Below, piece after piece: positions 22,859 to 30,471 of a stretch of 32,000 nucleotides of DNA (the stretch's first letter is position 1; every line of letters begins with the position of its first letter). A program made the translations under genes and the position numbers. Under the pieces are notes generated by a model that worked only from the letters and a program-made list of their open reading frames with translations, was not told the DNA's origin and searched no databases. This stretch comes from an uncultured Planctomycetia bacterium. GTDB taxonomy: Bacteria; Omnitrophota; Gorgyraeia; Duberdicusellales; 4484-171. Location of the stretch: assembly GCA_964536865.1 (NCBI GenBank), contig CAZHYN010000011.1, positions 1 to 32,000 of the forward strand, in the 5' to 3' direction.

Positions 22859-24629
22859 TCCAGAAAAGCGAATAGGTATTTTTGTTTGTCATTGTGGTAA
22901 GAATATCGCAGGAGGAGTAGATGTTCAAGGGTTAGTTGAATTTTCAAAACATCTTGAGGGTGTAACTTTTGCTACAGATAACAAATTCTGTTGTTCCCAA
23001 GAGGGACAGATTATTATTCAAAAAGCGATAAAAGAGAATAATCTAAGTAGATTTATTGTAGCTGCCTGTAGTCCCAATCTTCATTTAGGGACATTTCAGA
23101 GATGTGGTAAAGAAGTAGGGGTAGAGGAAGCATTCGTTGACCTAATTGATATTAGGAAATGGACTATGTCTGGTAGTCCCTACAAAGTCAATCCTCAAGA
23201 AGCTTTTGAGAATTCTAAGAAGCTTATTAGTCAGGCAGTAAAAAGAATGCGTCTTAAGCGATTAATTCCTAAAGTTAATGTGAAAGTTGAACAATCAGTA
23301 TTGGTCATTGGAGGAGGTATAGCAGGTTTAGAGGTAGCTTTGGACTTAGGAGAGAAGGGGTATAAAGTTTACATTGTAGAACGTCTTCCTACCATTGGAG
23401 GCAAGATGGCTTTGCTCTATAAGGTTTTTCCTACAAATGATTGTGCACCTTGTATACTAGCGCCTAAGACTGCTTATGCCAACATTCATCCTAATATAGA
23501 GATCTTTACTAATGCAGAAGTTACCAATGTGAAGGGATATATAGGGAATTTTGAGGTTACAATTACTCAGAATCCTCGCTATGTTGATGAGAGTAAGTGT
23601 ACAGGATGTGGAATATGTGTAGATAAGTGTCCTGTGGAGGTAATAGATAAGGAATTTTCAGGAGGGTTGGGAAAACGGAAAGCAATATATATCCCTTACG
23701 AACAAGCAGTTCCTAAGAAAGCCACTATTGACTCTCAAAATTGTCTCTACTTTAGAAAGGGTATTTGTAAGGTGTGTGAAAAAGTTTGTCCTCAGAATGC
23801 TGTAGATTTTCATCAGCAGACTAAAACAGTAACATTAAAGGTAGGGAGTATAGTTGTGGCTACAGGTTTTGATGAATACGAGCCTACCAAGAAAGTAGAG
23901 TATGGATACACTCGGTATAAGGATGTTATTACCCAGTTTCAATTAGCTCGGCTTTTAGATATAGATGGACCTACAAAGGGGAGACTTATAAGACCCAGCG
24001 ATGGAAAAGAGCCAAAGAGGATTGCTATGATTCAGTGTGTGGGGTCGCGAGATGAAAATGCAAATAAGTATTGTTCTTCTGTTTGCTGTATGTATGCTTT
24101 AAAGCATGCCCAAATAATAAAAGAGATGATTTCCTCTGATATCGAGATTTATATTTGTTATATAGATATGCGAACACCAGGAAAAGGATTTGAGGAATAC
24201 TACCGACAGACAAGAGAGTTAGGAGTTAATTTTATTCATGGTAGACCAGCAGAGGTAATAGAAAACTTTGATAAGAAGAATTTTATTTTAAAAGTTGAAG
24301 ATAAAGATATAGGAGCACTTCTTAACTTGGAAGTAGATCTAGTGGTATTGTCTTGTGCTATAGTTCCTTCAAAAGGAGCTGAGCGTCTTTCGGAAATTTT
24401 GCACATAAATTTGGATGAAAATGGTTTCTTTCAGGAAGTCCATCCTAAACTTAGACCGGTAGAGACAAATATAAGAGGAATCTACATCTGTGGATGTGCC
24501 CAAGGACCAAAGGATATTCCCGACTCTATTACTCAAGCCAAGGCTGTTGCCTCTTGTATAGACAGTGAATTGAGAAAAGGAAGTATAGAACTTCCTGAGT
24601 TTATGATAAAGGCAGAGAGACCAAATTAG
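22845..24629 (+). CDS. hdrA: Heterodisulfide reductase subunit A-like FAD/Fe-S flavoprotein
   Basis: N-terminal IGIFVCHCGKNIAG, VIGGGIAGLE, and FPTNDCAPC. Inserted ferredoxin motifs CTGCGICVDKCP and CKVCEKVCP. QCVGSRD and RGIYICGCAQGPKDI. The start overlaps the TrxR-like gene by 14 nt. Confidence 0.85.
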   Translation: MLQNNPEKRIGIFVCHCGKNIAGGVDVQGLVEFSKHLEGVTFATDNKFCCSQEGQIIIQKAIKENNLSRFIVAACSPNLHLGTFQRCGKEVGVEEAFVDLIDIRKWTMSGSPYKVNPQEAFENSKKLISQAVKRMRLKRLIPKVNVKVEQSVLVIGGGIAGLEVALDLGEKGYKVYIVERLPTIGGKMALLYKVFPTNDCAPCILAPKTAYANIHPNIEIFTNAEVTNVKGYIGNFEVTITQNPRYVDESKCTGCGICVDKCPVEVIDKEFSGGLGKRKAIYIPYEQAVPKKATIDSQNCLYFRKGICKVCEKVCPQNAVDFHQQTKTVTLKVGSIVVATGFDEYEPTKKVEYGYTRYKDVITQFQLARLLDIDGPTKGRLIRPSDGKEPKRIAMIQCVGSRDENANKYCSSVCCMYALKHAQIIKEMISSDIEIYICYIDMRTPGKGFEEYYRQTRELGVNFIHGRPAEVIENFDKKNFILKVEDKDIGALLNLEVDLVVLSCAIVPSKGAERLSEILHINLDENGFFQEVHPKLRPVETNIRGIYICGCAQGPKDIPDSITQAKAVASCIDSELRKGSIELPEFMIKAERPN

Positions 24630-24642
24630 GAGGTGGTAGAGT

Positions 24643-24912
24643 ATGGCTGAGATCTATATAGAAGAATTTATGTCACCAGGATGTGTAGGTTGTCCAGCGG
24701 TAAAACAGATGCTTGAAGAGTTAGTAAAGGAGTTAGATGGGGAGATTACTATAGAGGAGGTGGATATAAGTGTCGATAGTGCAAGAGCTATTCAGTATGG
24801 GGTGATGTCCGTTCCAGCTATAGCTATTAACGGAATATTGAAATTCATAGGTGTCCCAAAGAAAGAAGATTTAAGGAAAGCCTTGGAGGAGGAGTTAAAA
24901 AAGGATGGATAA
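24643..24912 (+). CDS. Small thioredoxin/glutaredoxin-fold protein (CVGC active site)
   Basis: 89 aa. SPGCVGCPAV near the N-terminus and the cis-Pro region MSVPAIAING. Strong SD AGGAGGTGG. It lies between hdrA and hdrC. Confidence 0.75.
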   Translation: MAEIYIEEFMSPGCVGCPAVKQMLEELVKELDGEITIEEVDISVDSARAIQYGVMSVPAIAINGILKFIGVPKKEDLRKALEEELKKDG

Positions 24913-25435
24913 GAAGGAGCTATTTAGCCAACCTATTTCAAACGTTAATTTCGATCCTACTTTTGAAGCTGAAGTTATAGCTCATGAGGAGGCTAAAGAT
25001 TTGAAGGCTTGTTTTAACTGTGGAGCTTGTACAGCAGGATGTCCTATTCATGAAGTATTTCCTGAGTATGATCCTAAGAAGTTAGCTAAGATGGTAAGGT
25101 TAGGAATGAGAAAGGAGGTATTAAGTAGTCCTTATATTTGGTATTGTGCTACTTGTCACAACTGCGAACAACGTTGTCCTCAGAATGTTAAGTTTTTCAA
25201 TGTTTTAAACGTCTTAAAGAATATGGCAGCTAAGGAAGGATATGCTCCTTCTGTATGGGTTGATCAGATAAAACATGTTATTAAGACAGGAATAATATTC
25301 CCCCCCCAAGAGAGTTGGATTAAAAGAAGGGAGAAGCTTTCTCTCCCCCCTTTAAGGTTGGAGGAGAGAGAAGAAATAAAAAAGATAATTGAACTGGAGG
25401 AGATTGATAGGTTAAGTAAGGATAAGAGTGAGTGA
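24905..25435 (+). CDS. hdrC: Heterodisulfide reductase subunit C-like (2x[4Fe-4S])
   Basis: CFNCGACTAGCP and CATCHNCEQRCP with typical HdrC spacing. 8-nt overlaps on both sides. Confidence 0.8.
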   Translation: MDKKELFSQPISNVNFDPTFEAEVIAHEEAKDLKACFNCGACTAGCPIHEVFPEYDPKKLAKMVRLGMRKEVLSSPYIWYCATCHNCEQRCPQNVKFFNVLNVLKNMAAKEGYAPSVWVDQIKHVIKTGIIFPPQESWIKRREKLSLPPLRLEEREEIKKIIELEEIDRLSKDKSE

Positions 25436-26303
25436 GTATGCTTTATTTTTAGGATGTACTACTCCTACAAAAGCTGTTCAATATGAGCTTGCTTCAAGAT
25501 GGGTCTGCAGGCATTTAGAAATTAACCTAGTAGATATTAAAGATTTTTTTTGTTGTGGGATAAATCACGTTAATTTGGATAGAGAGACAGCACTTCTTAT
25601 GGCAGCAGCAAACTTAGCTTATGCTGAAGCCAAAGGATTAGATATACTTACTCTCTGTGCCGCTTGTACAGGAGCGCTTTCCGAAGCAATAGAGAAGTTA
25701 GAGAATTTCCAGATAAGAGAAAGGGTAAATGAAAAGTTACATAGAATAGGCATAGAATATAAAGGAAAAGTTAGAGTAAAACATCTCTCTAGAGTTCTTT
25801 ACGAAGATATAGGAGTAGAGAGATTGAGAAGAAGTATAAAAAGAGATCTTTCTCAGCTCAAAGTAGCTCCCCATTATGGATGCCATTACTTGAAACCAAA
25901 AACTGCCCTAAGAGGAGTCGATGAGCCAGATAATCCTACAACATTACATGCTCTTATATCTGCTATAGGAGCTACTCCCGTAGAATATGAAACACTTAAT
26001 CTTTGTTGTGGGGGTAAGGTATTTCCTGTTTCTGGAGAGTTAGCCCATTCATTAATCCAGAAGAAGCTGGATAATTTGAAGGAGAAGGAAGTAGATGCAA
26101 TGGTTCTTCAATGTCAGACTTGCTATCTTATGTATGGGGAAGAACAAAAGGAAATAGAAGGAAAGAGTGGTAAGAAATACAACCTACCAGTTATTTTTTA
26201 CCCCCAACTCTTAGGAGTGGCTTTAGGAGCAGATCCTATAAAAGATTTAGGGTTTAATTTTCATACTATTTCTGTGGATGGTCTTTTAAGTAAAGTGAGA
26301 TAG
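25428..26303 (+). CDS. hdrB: Heterodisulfide reductase subunit B-like (two CCG domains)
   Basis: LFLGCTTP...FFCCG and APHYGCHYLKP...LCCGG. GTG start overlapping the hdrC stop. Confidence 0.85.
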   Translation: MSEYALFLGCTTPTKAVQYELASRWVCRHLEINLVDIKDFFCCGINHVNLDRETALLMAAANLAYAEAKGLDILTLCAACTGALSEAIEKLENFQIRERVNEKLHRIGIEYKGKVRVKHLSRVLYEDIGVERLRRSIKRDLSQLKVAPHYGCHYLKPKTALRGVDEPDNPTTLHALISAIGATPVEYETLNLCCGGKVFPVSGELAHSLIQKKLDNLKEKEVDAMVLQCQTCYLMYGEEQKEIEGKSGKKYNLPVIFYPQLLGVALGADPIKDLGFNFHTISVDGLLSKVR

Positions 26304-26312
26304 GAAGTTTCG

Positions 26313-26897
26313 ATGTATTCTAAAGTAAGAAAGTGGTTGGAGGAGGATGGAGAAAAATTCTTAAGGAAAGTTGGACTTAGGAGGGGGCAAATAGTGTTAG
26401 ATTTTGGATGTGGAGAAGGACATTATACTATTCCTGCAAGTAAAGTAATTGGGGAAAAAGGTAAGGTCTATGCTTTTGATAAGGATGCTTATATACTAGA
26501 GAGACTAAGAAGATTAGCCGAAGAAGAAGGATTAAGCAACATAGAGATAATTAAAGGGGATACCAAGATTCCTTTAGAAGATAACTCTATTGATGTAGTT
26601 CTCTGTTATGACGTTATCCATTATGAAAAATATAGAGAGAGGATTTATAAAGAAGTCTTTCGTATTTTAAAATCAGAGGGCTTCTTTTCTCTTTATCCTA
26701 AGCACTATAGAGATGATTATCCTCTGATGGAGTTAGCATCTTTAGGATTGGAAGAAGTAATAAAAGAAGTAGAGAAAGTTGGTTTTACTTTACAAGAAAA
26801 ATTGTTCTATCAGTGTCTTCATGATGAATATTACAATGAGTGCTGTATATTAAATTTTATTATTTCTGAAGAGAAAAAGGAGGAAAGTAGTGTTTAA
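26313..26897 (+). CDS. Class I SAM-dependent methyltransferase
   Basis: Motif I VLDFGCGEGHYT, an acidic post-I residue (YAFD), and VDVVLCYDVIHY. Confidence 0.8.
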   Translation: MYSKVRKWLEEDGEKFLRKVGLRRGQIVLDFGCGEGHYTIPASKVIGEKGKVYAFDKDAYILERLRRLAEEEGLSNIEIIKGDTKIPLEDNSIDVVLCYDVIHYEKYRERIYKEVFRILKSEGFFSLYPKHYRDDYPLMELASLGLEEVIKEVEKVGFTLQEKLFYQCLHDEYYNECCILNFIISEEKKEESSV

Positions 26898-27183
26898 AGT
26901 AGATGAGAAAAAGTGTATCGGATGTGGAGCTTGTATAAATGTTTGCCCTGTTGGCGCAATATCAATGAAGGATGGAAAAGCTAAGATTGATGTAAAGAAA
27001 TGTTTAAACTGTGGGAAGTGTGCTCAAGTTTGTCCTCAAGAAGCGATCTATTCTGAGTCAGGTGAATTCCAAAGTAAATTTATTCCTAGACCAGGTTTTA
27101 ATTTCTTTACTTTTAGTAGAGGGAGAGGTATGTCTGGAAGGAGAAAGAAAGGTTTTGGTAGGGGAAGAGGAGGGAGGTGGTGA
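26890..27183 (+). CDS. 2x[4Fe-4S] ferredoxin with Arg/Gly-rich C-terminal tail
   Basis: CIGCGACINVCP and CLNCGKCAQVCP, then the tail SRGRGMSGRRKKGFGRGRGGRW. GTG start overlapping the methyltransferase 3' end. Confidence 0.85.
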   Translation: MFKVDEKKCIGCGACINVCPVGAISMKDGKAKIDVKKCLNCGKCAQVCPQEAIYSESGEFQSKFIPRPGFNFFTFSRGRGMSGRRKKGFGRGRGGRW

Positions 27184-27352
27184 GAGAATTTTTATTAATG
27201 AACTCTCTAAGAGCATAAGAGGGTTATAATTTCCCTCGGAGTTTTCTTAGTAGAGGAGGAGGCCTTATAGAATTATTTAGAAAGGCTTGGAAGGATAATT
27301 TTATTGAATTTAGGTGTGGAGCAAAAATTGAGATTTAATTCTGGAGGTAATT

Positions 27353-27997
27353 ATGAAGATTACAATAATTTCTGATAATACCATTTATAATAAAGAGTTA
27401 AGGAGTGAATGGGGCTTCTCTTGTTTAGTAGAAATAGAAAATTTACCTAAGATTCTATTTGACACAGGAGCAAGTGGAGAGGTTTTATTGGGGAATATGG
27501 AAAAGTTAAAAATTCGTCCTGAGGAGATTACAACTATTTTTATTTCCCACGATCACTGGGATCATACAGGAGGGTTGAGCAGTTTTTTAAAAATTAATAA
27601 CAGAATTAAACTTTATGTTCCTGAGTCATTTTCTTCTCATCCCGAAGTGAAAGAATTTATCAAAGTGAGAGATTCTATAGAAATTTTTGATAATGTTTTT
27701 TCTACGGGAGAATTACTGGGAATAGAACAATCTCTAATAGTAAAATTAAGAAAGGAAGTAGTTGTGATTGTAGGGTGTTCCCACCCAGGAGTAAAAAATA
27801 TTTTAAAGGAAGCTTCTAAGTTTGGAAGAGTTATTGCCTTAATTGGAGGTCTGCATGGATTTAGAGAATTCGATTTGGTTAAGAATTTAGATTTTATATG
27901 TGCTACACATTGTACCCAGTATAGAGAGGAAATAAGAAGATTGTATCCAGGTAAATTTATAGAAGGAGGTTCAGGCAAGCTAATAAAGATAGAATAG
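27353..27997 (+). CDS. MBL-fold metallo-hydrolase family protein
   Basis: ISHDHWDHTGG (HxHxDH motif) and a later GCSHPG. 214 aa. SD GGAGG lies upstream. Confidence 0.8.
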   Translation: MKITIISDNTIYNKELRSEWGFSCLVEIENLPKILFDTGASGEVLLGNMEKLKIRPEEITTIFISHDHWDHTGGLSSFLKINNRIKLYVPESFSSHPEVKEFIKVRDSIEIFDNVFSTGELLGIEQSLIVKLRKEVVVIVGCSHPGVKNILKEASKFGRVIALIGGLHGFREFDLVKNLDFICATHCTQYREEIRRLYPGKFIEGGSGKLIKIE

Positions 27998-28152
27998 AGA
28001 TATATAAGGCAGAAATCAGAAGATTAAAAGAGAGAGGGGAGGGATAGCGTTTAATTTACCCCCGAACTACGCATATGAGTAATCTAGTTTATCTTTATGG
28101 AATTCTTTTTTAATGTCCTTAAAAAATATACTGACAGAGAAGTTATAGCAGT

Positions 28153-28632
28153 ATGGAAAGAGAAGAGGCATTGCGTCTGTTAGAGAGTAATCTCAAAAAT
28201 AAGAACTTGATTAACCATAGTTTAGCAGTGGAAGCCTGTATGGGGAAGTTGGCACAAAGTCTTAACGAAGATGAGAAGAGTTGGGCTTTAGCCGGGCTTC
28301 TCCATGACTTAGATTATCAGGAGACAAGGGGAGATTTTTCTAGACACGGATTTGTTACTGCGGAAATTTTGAAGGAAAAGGAGGTGGATGAAGAGATAAT
28401 CGAAGCTATAAAGGCTCATCCTGGTCATATTGAGAGGAAGACAAAGATGGCTAAGGCTTTATATGCTGTTGATCCTTTAACGGGATTAATCATAGCATCT
28501 GCTTTAATGCATCCTCAGAGGAAATTAGAAGCTTTGGATACTCGGTTTGTTATGAATAGATTTAAAGAAAAAAGTTTTGCTAGAGGAGCTAATCGAGAAC
28601 AGATAAAAAGCTGTGAAGAGTTAGGGCTCTAA
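28153..28632 (+). CDS. HD-domain protein; the reading frame appears interrupted near the 3' end
   Basis: H..LAVE and the LLHDLDY HD motif. The expected C-terminal helix (SLEEFIDICLEAMREIKEDLGL*) continues in another frame at 28632-28700. Confidence 0.8.
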   Translation: MEREEALRLLESNLKNKNLINHSLAVEACMGKLAQSLNEDEKSWALAGLLHDLDYQETRGDFSRHGFVTAEILKEKEVDEEIIEAIKAHPGHIERKTKMAKALYAVDPLTGLIIASALMHPQRKLEALDTRFVMNRFKEKSFARGANREQIKSCEELGL

Positions 28633-28906
28633 GTTTGGAGGAATTTATAGACATTTGCTTGGAGGCAATGAGAGAGATTAAAGAAGATCTTGGATTGTAA
28701 GAATAGAGATTCTGTAATGAAGAGTACAGGTAAGGAGATAAGTGTTAATTTTAAGCAAAAAAGGATTTAGATTCTAAATGTGATGCAAATTATGGATGGG
28801 TAGACACTTTAAAGGGTAACAAAGAGCATCTTCTTCTTCATATTAAAGAAATTCCCCATGATTGTTGAATACTACATTTGTGTTTCTTAAAGGTAAGAAA
28901 GGAGGG

Positions 28907-29227
28907 ATGATGGAGGTTAGAGTGGATGATACAAATTTCCAGCAGGAAGTATTAGAGTCAGATATTCCAGCTTTAGTAGATTTTTGGGCTCCTTGGTGTA
29001 TGCCTTGTCATATAGTTGCTCCTATTCTTTCTGAGATTGCTATAGAGTATGAGGGAAAGTTGAAGGTATGTAAGTTAAATGTTGACGAAGCTCCTAATAT
29101 CGCTTCCCGGTATGAAGTAATGAGTATACCTACCTTGGCACTGTTTAAAAAAGGTGAAATGGTAGACAAAATTATTGGTGCTGTTGGTAAGCCCGAATTA
29201 GAAAATATGGTTAAATATTATATTTGA
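28907..29227 (+). CDS. trxA: Thioredoxin
   Basis: VDFWAPWCMPC active site and MSIPTLALFKKGE. I prefer the ATG at 28907, which is preceded by AAAGGAGGG, over the track TTG at 28862. Confidence 0.88.
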   Translation: MMEVRVDDTNFQQEVLESDIPALVDFWAPWCMPCHIVAPILSEIAIEYEGKLKVCKLNVDEAPNIASRYEVMSIPTLALFKKGEMVDKIIGAVGKPELENMVKYYI

Positions 29228-29278
29228 GGAATAAAAGTGAGATATAGAATTGGAAGATACAATTTATTGATTAATTTG

Positions 29279-29307
29279 TTGACATTTGGGAAAGAGAAAA
29301 ATAAAAT
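29279..29307 (+). promoter_or_regulatory. Near-consensus sigma70 promoter for tRNA-Glu
   Basis: TTGACA at 29279-29284, an exact 17-nt spacer, and TAAAAT at 29302-29307. The tRNA 5' end lies 13 nt downstream. Confidence 0.6.
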
Positions 29308-29319
29308 ATGAGTGCATCT

Positions 29320-29397
29320 GGCCCCATCGTCTAGCCCGGTTAAGGATACGTGGTTCTCAGCCACGAGGCACGGGTTCAAATCCCGTTGGGGCTGCCA
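29320..29397 (+). tRNA. tRNA-Glu (anticodon CUC), CCA encoded
   Basis: Folded by hand. Acceptor GGCCCCA/TGGGGCT. Anticodon stem CGTGG/CCACG with loop TTCTCAG. T arm ACGGG-TTCAAAT-CCCGT. Discriminator G, then CCA, then a T run. Confidence 0.93.
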
Positions 29398-29523
29398 CTT
29401 TTTTATCTTTCTAAAAATTTCCTCTTCTATTTTTTAACCCAGAGAAGGTCTTTTCAGTATTTTTCTCTGAGTGAAGACTTGAAAATTGCATATTTATATG
29501 TTATATCTCAACTGCTGAGCAAG

Positions 29524-29808
29524 ATGGAGGATAGAGGGAATAAGAAAGTTAAAATATGCAAAATATGCAATGAGGAATTTATTCCTGACAAATTTCATCC
29601 TTATCAGGAAGTTTGTTCAAAGCCCCAATGCCAAAAGGTAAGGCAATTAGAAAATCAAAAGAGATGGCGACTTAAAAATCCTGATTATTTTAAATACAAG
29701 AGTAAAAAAACTCCTTGGGAGAGAAGACGTTGGGAATACCTTAAGAGGTGGAGAGAAACCCATAAGGACTATTTTAAATTGTATAGAAGAAAGAAAAAAT
29801 TAAGTTAG
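29524..29808 (+). CDS. Basic zinc-ribbon protein with duplicated RWR-x4-DYFK-x-Y motif (function unknown)
   Basis: CKICN...CSKPQC. KRWRLKNPDYFKYK repeats as KRWRETHKDYFKLYR. The start is set at the first ATG downstream of the tRNA, because the track start at 29350 lies inside the tRNA. Confidence 0.55.
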   Translation: MEDRGNKKVKICKICNEEFIPDKFHPYQEVCSKPQCQKVRQLENQKRWRLKNPDYFKYKSKKTPWERRRWEYLKRWRETHKDYFKLYRRKKKLS

Positions 29809-30092
29809 AGAGAAACGGAAGTTAAATCTAAAGTATCATATCTAGAACCTCCTAAGGAAAAGTAGACAAGACTCCTTAATATACGAGGAGTTTAAATATT
29901 GGAAAGAAAATTCTCTGTAATTAGCTATCTATTTCTCTATAATTTCTTTGAGAACCTAATTCCTCGAGGCTGAAAATTTTGCTCAAGAGTTCCCTTATCT
30001 TCATTATCTTCTCATCAATATAAAATTAAGAAGTAACAAAAATAATAAAAAGATAAATTCTGTTCTCTCATAGTTTAATTATAGGATATTTA

Positions 30093-30101
30093 TGGTATAA
30101 T
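30093..30101 (+). promoter_or_regulatory. Extended -10 element upstream of hisI
   Basis: TGgTATAAT at 30093-30101, 35 nt before the hisI ATG. I found no convincing -35. Confidence 0.35.
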
Positions 30102-30135
30102 CCTATTATATAATGAGAACGTTGGGAGGTATAAT

Positions 30136-30468
30136 ATGAAAGTAAATCTAAGGAGGATACCTAAATTACGGTTTGATAAGAGAGGATTGATCCCAGCAAT
30201 TATTCAGGATAGAAAGACTAAGGAAGTTCTCATGCTTGGTTATATGAGTAAGGAGTCCTTGAAAATTACTCTTAAAGAGGGGAGAACTTGTTTCTACTCT
30301 CGCTCACGAAGAGTTCTATGGCGAAAAGGAGAAACCAGTGGTAATATTCAGAAGGTAAGAGAGATTTACTACGATTGTGATAAAGATGCCTTACTTATTA
30401 AAGTAGAGCAAGTAGGTGTTGCTTGTCATACAGGCAATAGGAGCTGTTTTTATAGAAGATTAATATAG
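30136..30468 (+). CDS. hisI: Phosphoribosyl-AMP cyclohydrolase (monofunctional)
   Basis: [37 protein letters not shown], and [25 protein letters not shown]. Confidence 0.9.
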   Translation: MKVNLRRIPKLRFDKRGLIPAIIQDRKTKEVLMLGYMSKESLKITLKEGRTCFYSRSRRVLWRKGETSGNIQKVREIYYDCDKDALLIKVEQVGVACHTGNRSCFYRRLI

Positions 30469-30471
30469 AAA

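Noticed and set aside
22845-24629. Possible selenocysteine (in-frame TGA) in hdrA, as in some methanogen HdrA proteins.
   Set aside because: The ORF is uninterrupted. The relevant positions are ordinary Cys codons.
27011-27229. 72-aa ORF overlapping the ferredoxin gene in another frame.
   Set aside because: The ferredoxin frame has two perfect 4Fe-4S motifs. The alternative frame has no motifs and no SD.
1122-27978. All twenty minus-strand ORFs in the track: 1122-1448, 2008-2223, 2610-2882, 6505-6732, 7804-8121, 9690-10025, 11248-11448, 11643-11840, 12515-12730, 14564-14764, 14765-15028, 16026-16247, 16510-16785, 16896-17099, 17311-17559, 21181-21465, 21462-21785, 22324-22614, 24025-24213 and 27637-27978.
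   Set aside because: Each lies antisense within a + strand gene that has clear family motifs. Their translations are low-complexity (Ser/Leu/Phe/Ile-rich) with no recognisable motifs. This is the expected by-product of an AT-rich coding strand.
28862-28906. TTG-initiated 15-codon extension of trxA.
   Set aside because: A strong SD (AAAGGAGGG) directly precedes the ATG at 28907, and thioredoxins of about 106 aa begin there.
29350-29523. N-terminal 58 codons of the track ORF 29350-29808.
   Set aside because: The start lies inside tRNA-Glu (29320-29397). The first ATG with a plausible independent promoter is at 29524.
29398-30135. A tRNA-linked integrated mobile element.
   Set aside because: There is no integrase, recombinase or transposase ORF, and no direct repeat of the tRNA 3' end is visible in the window.
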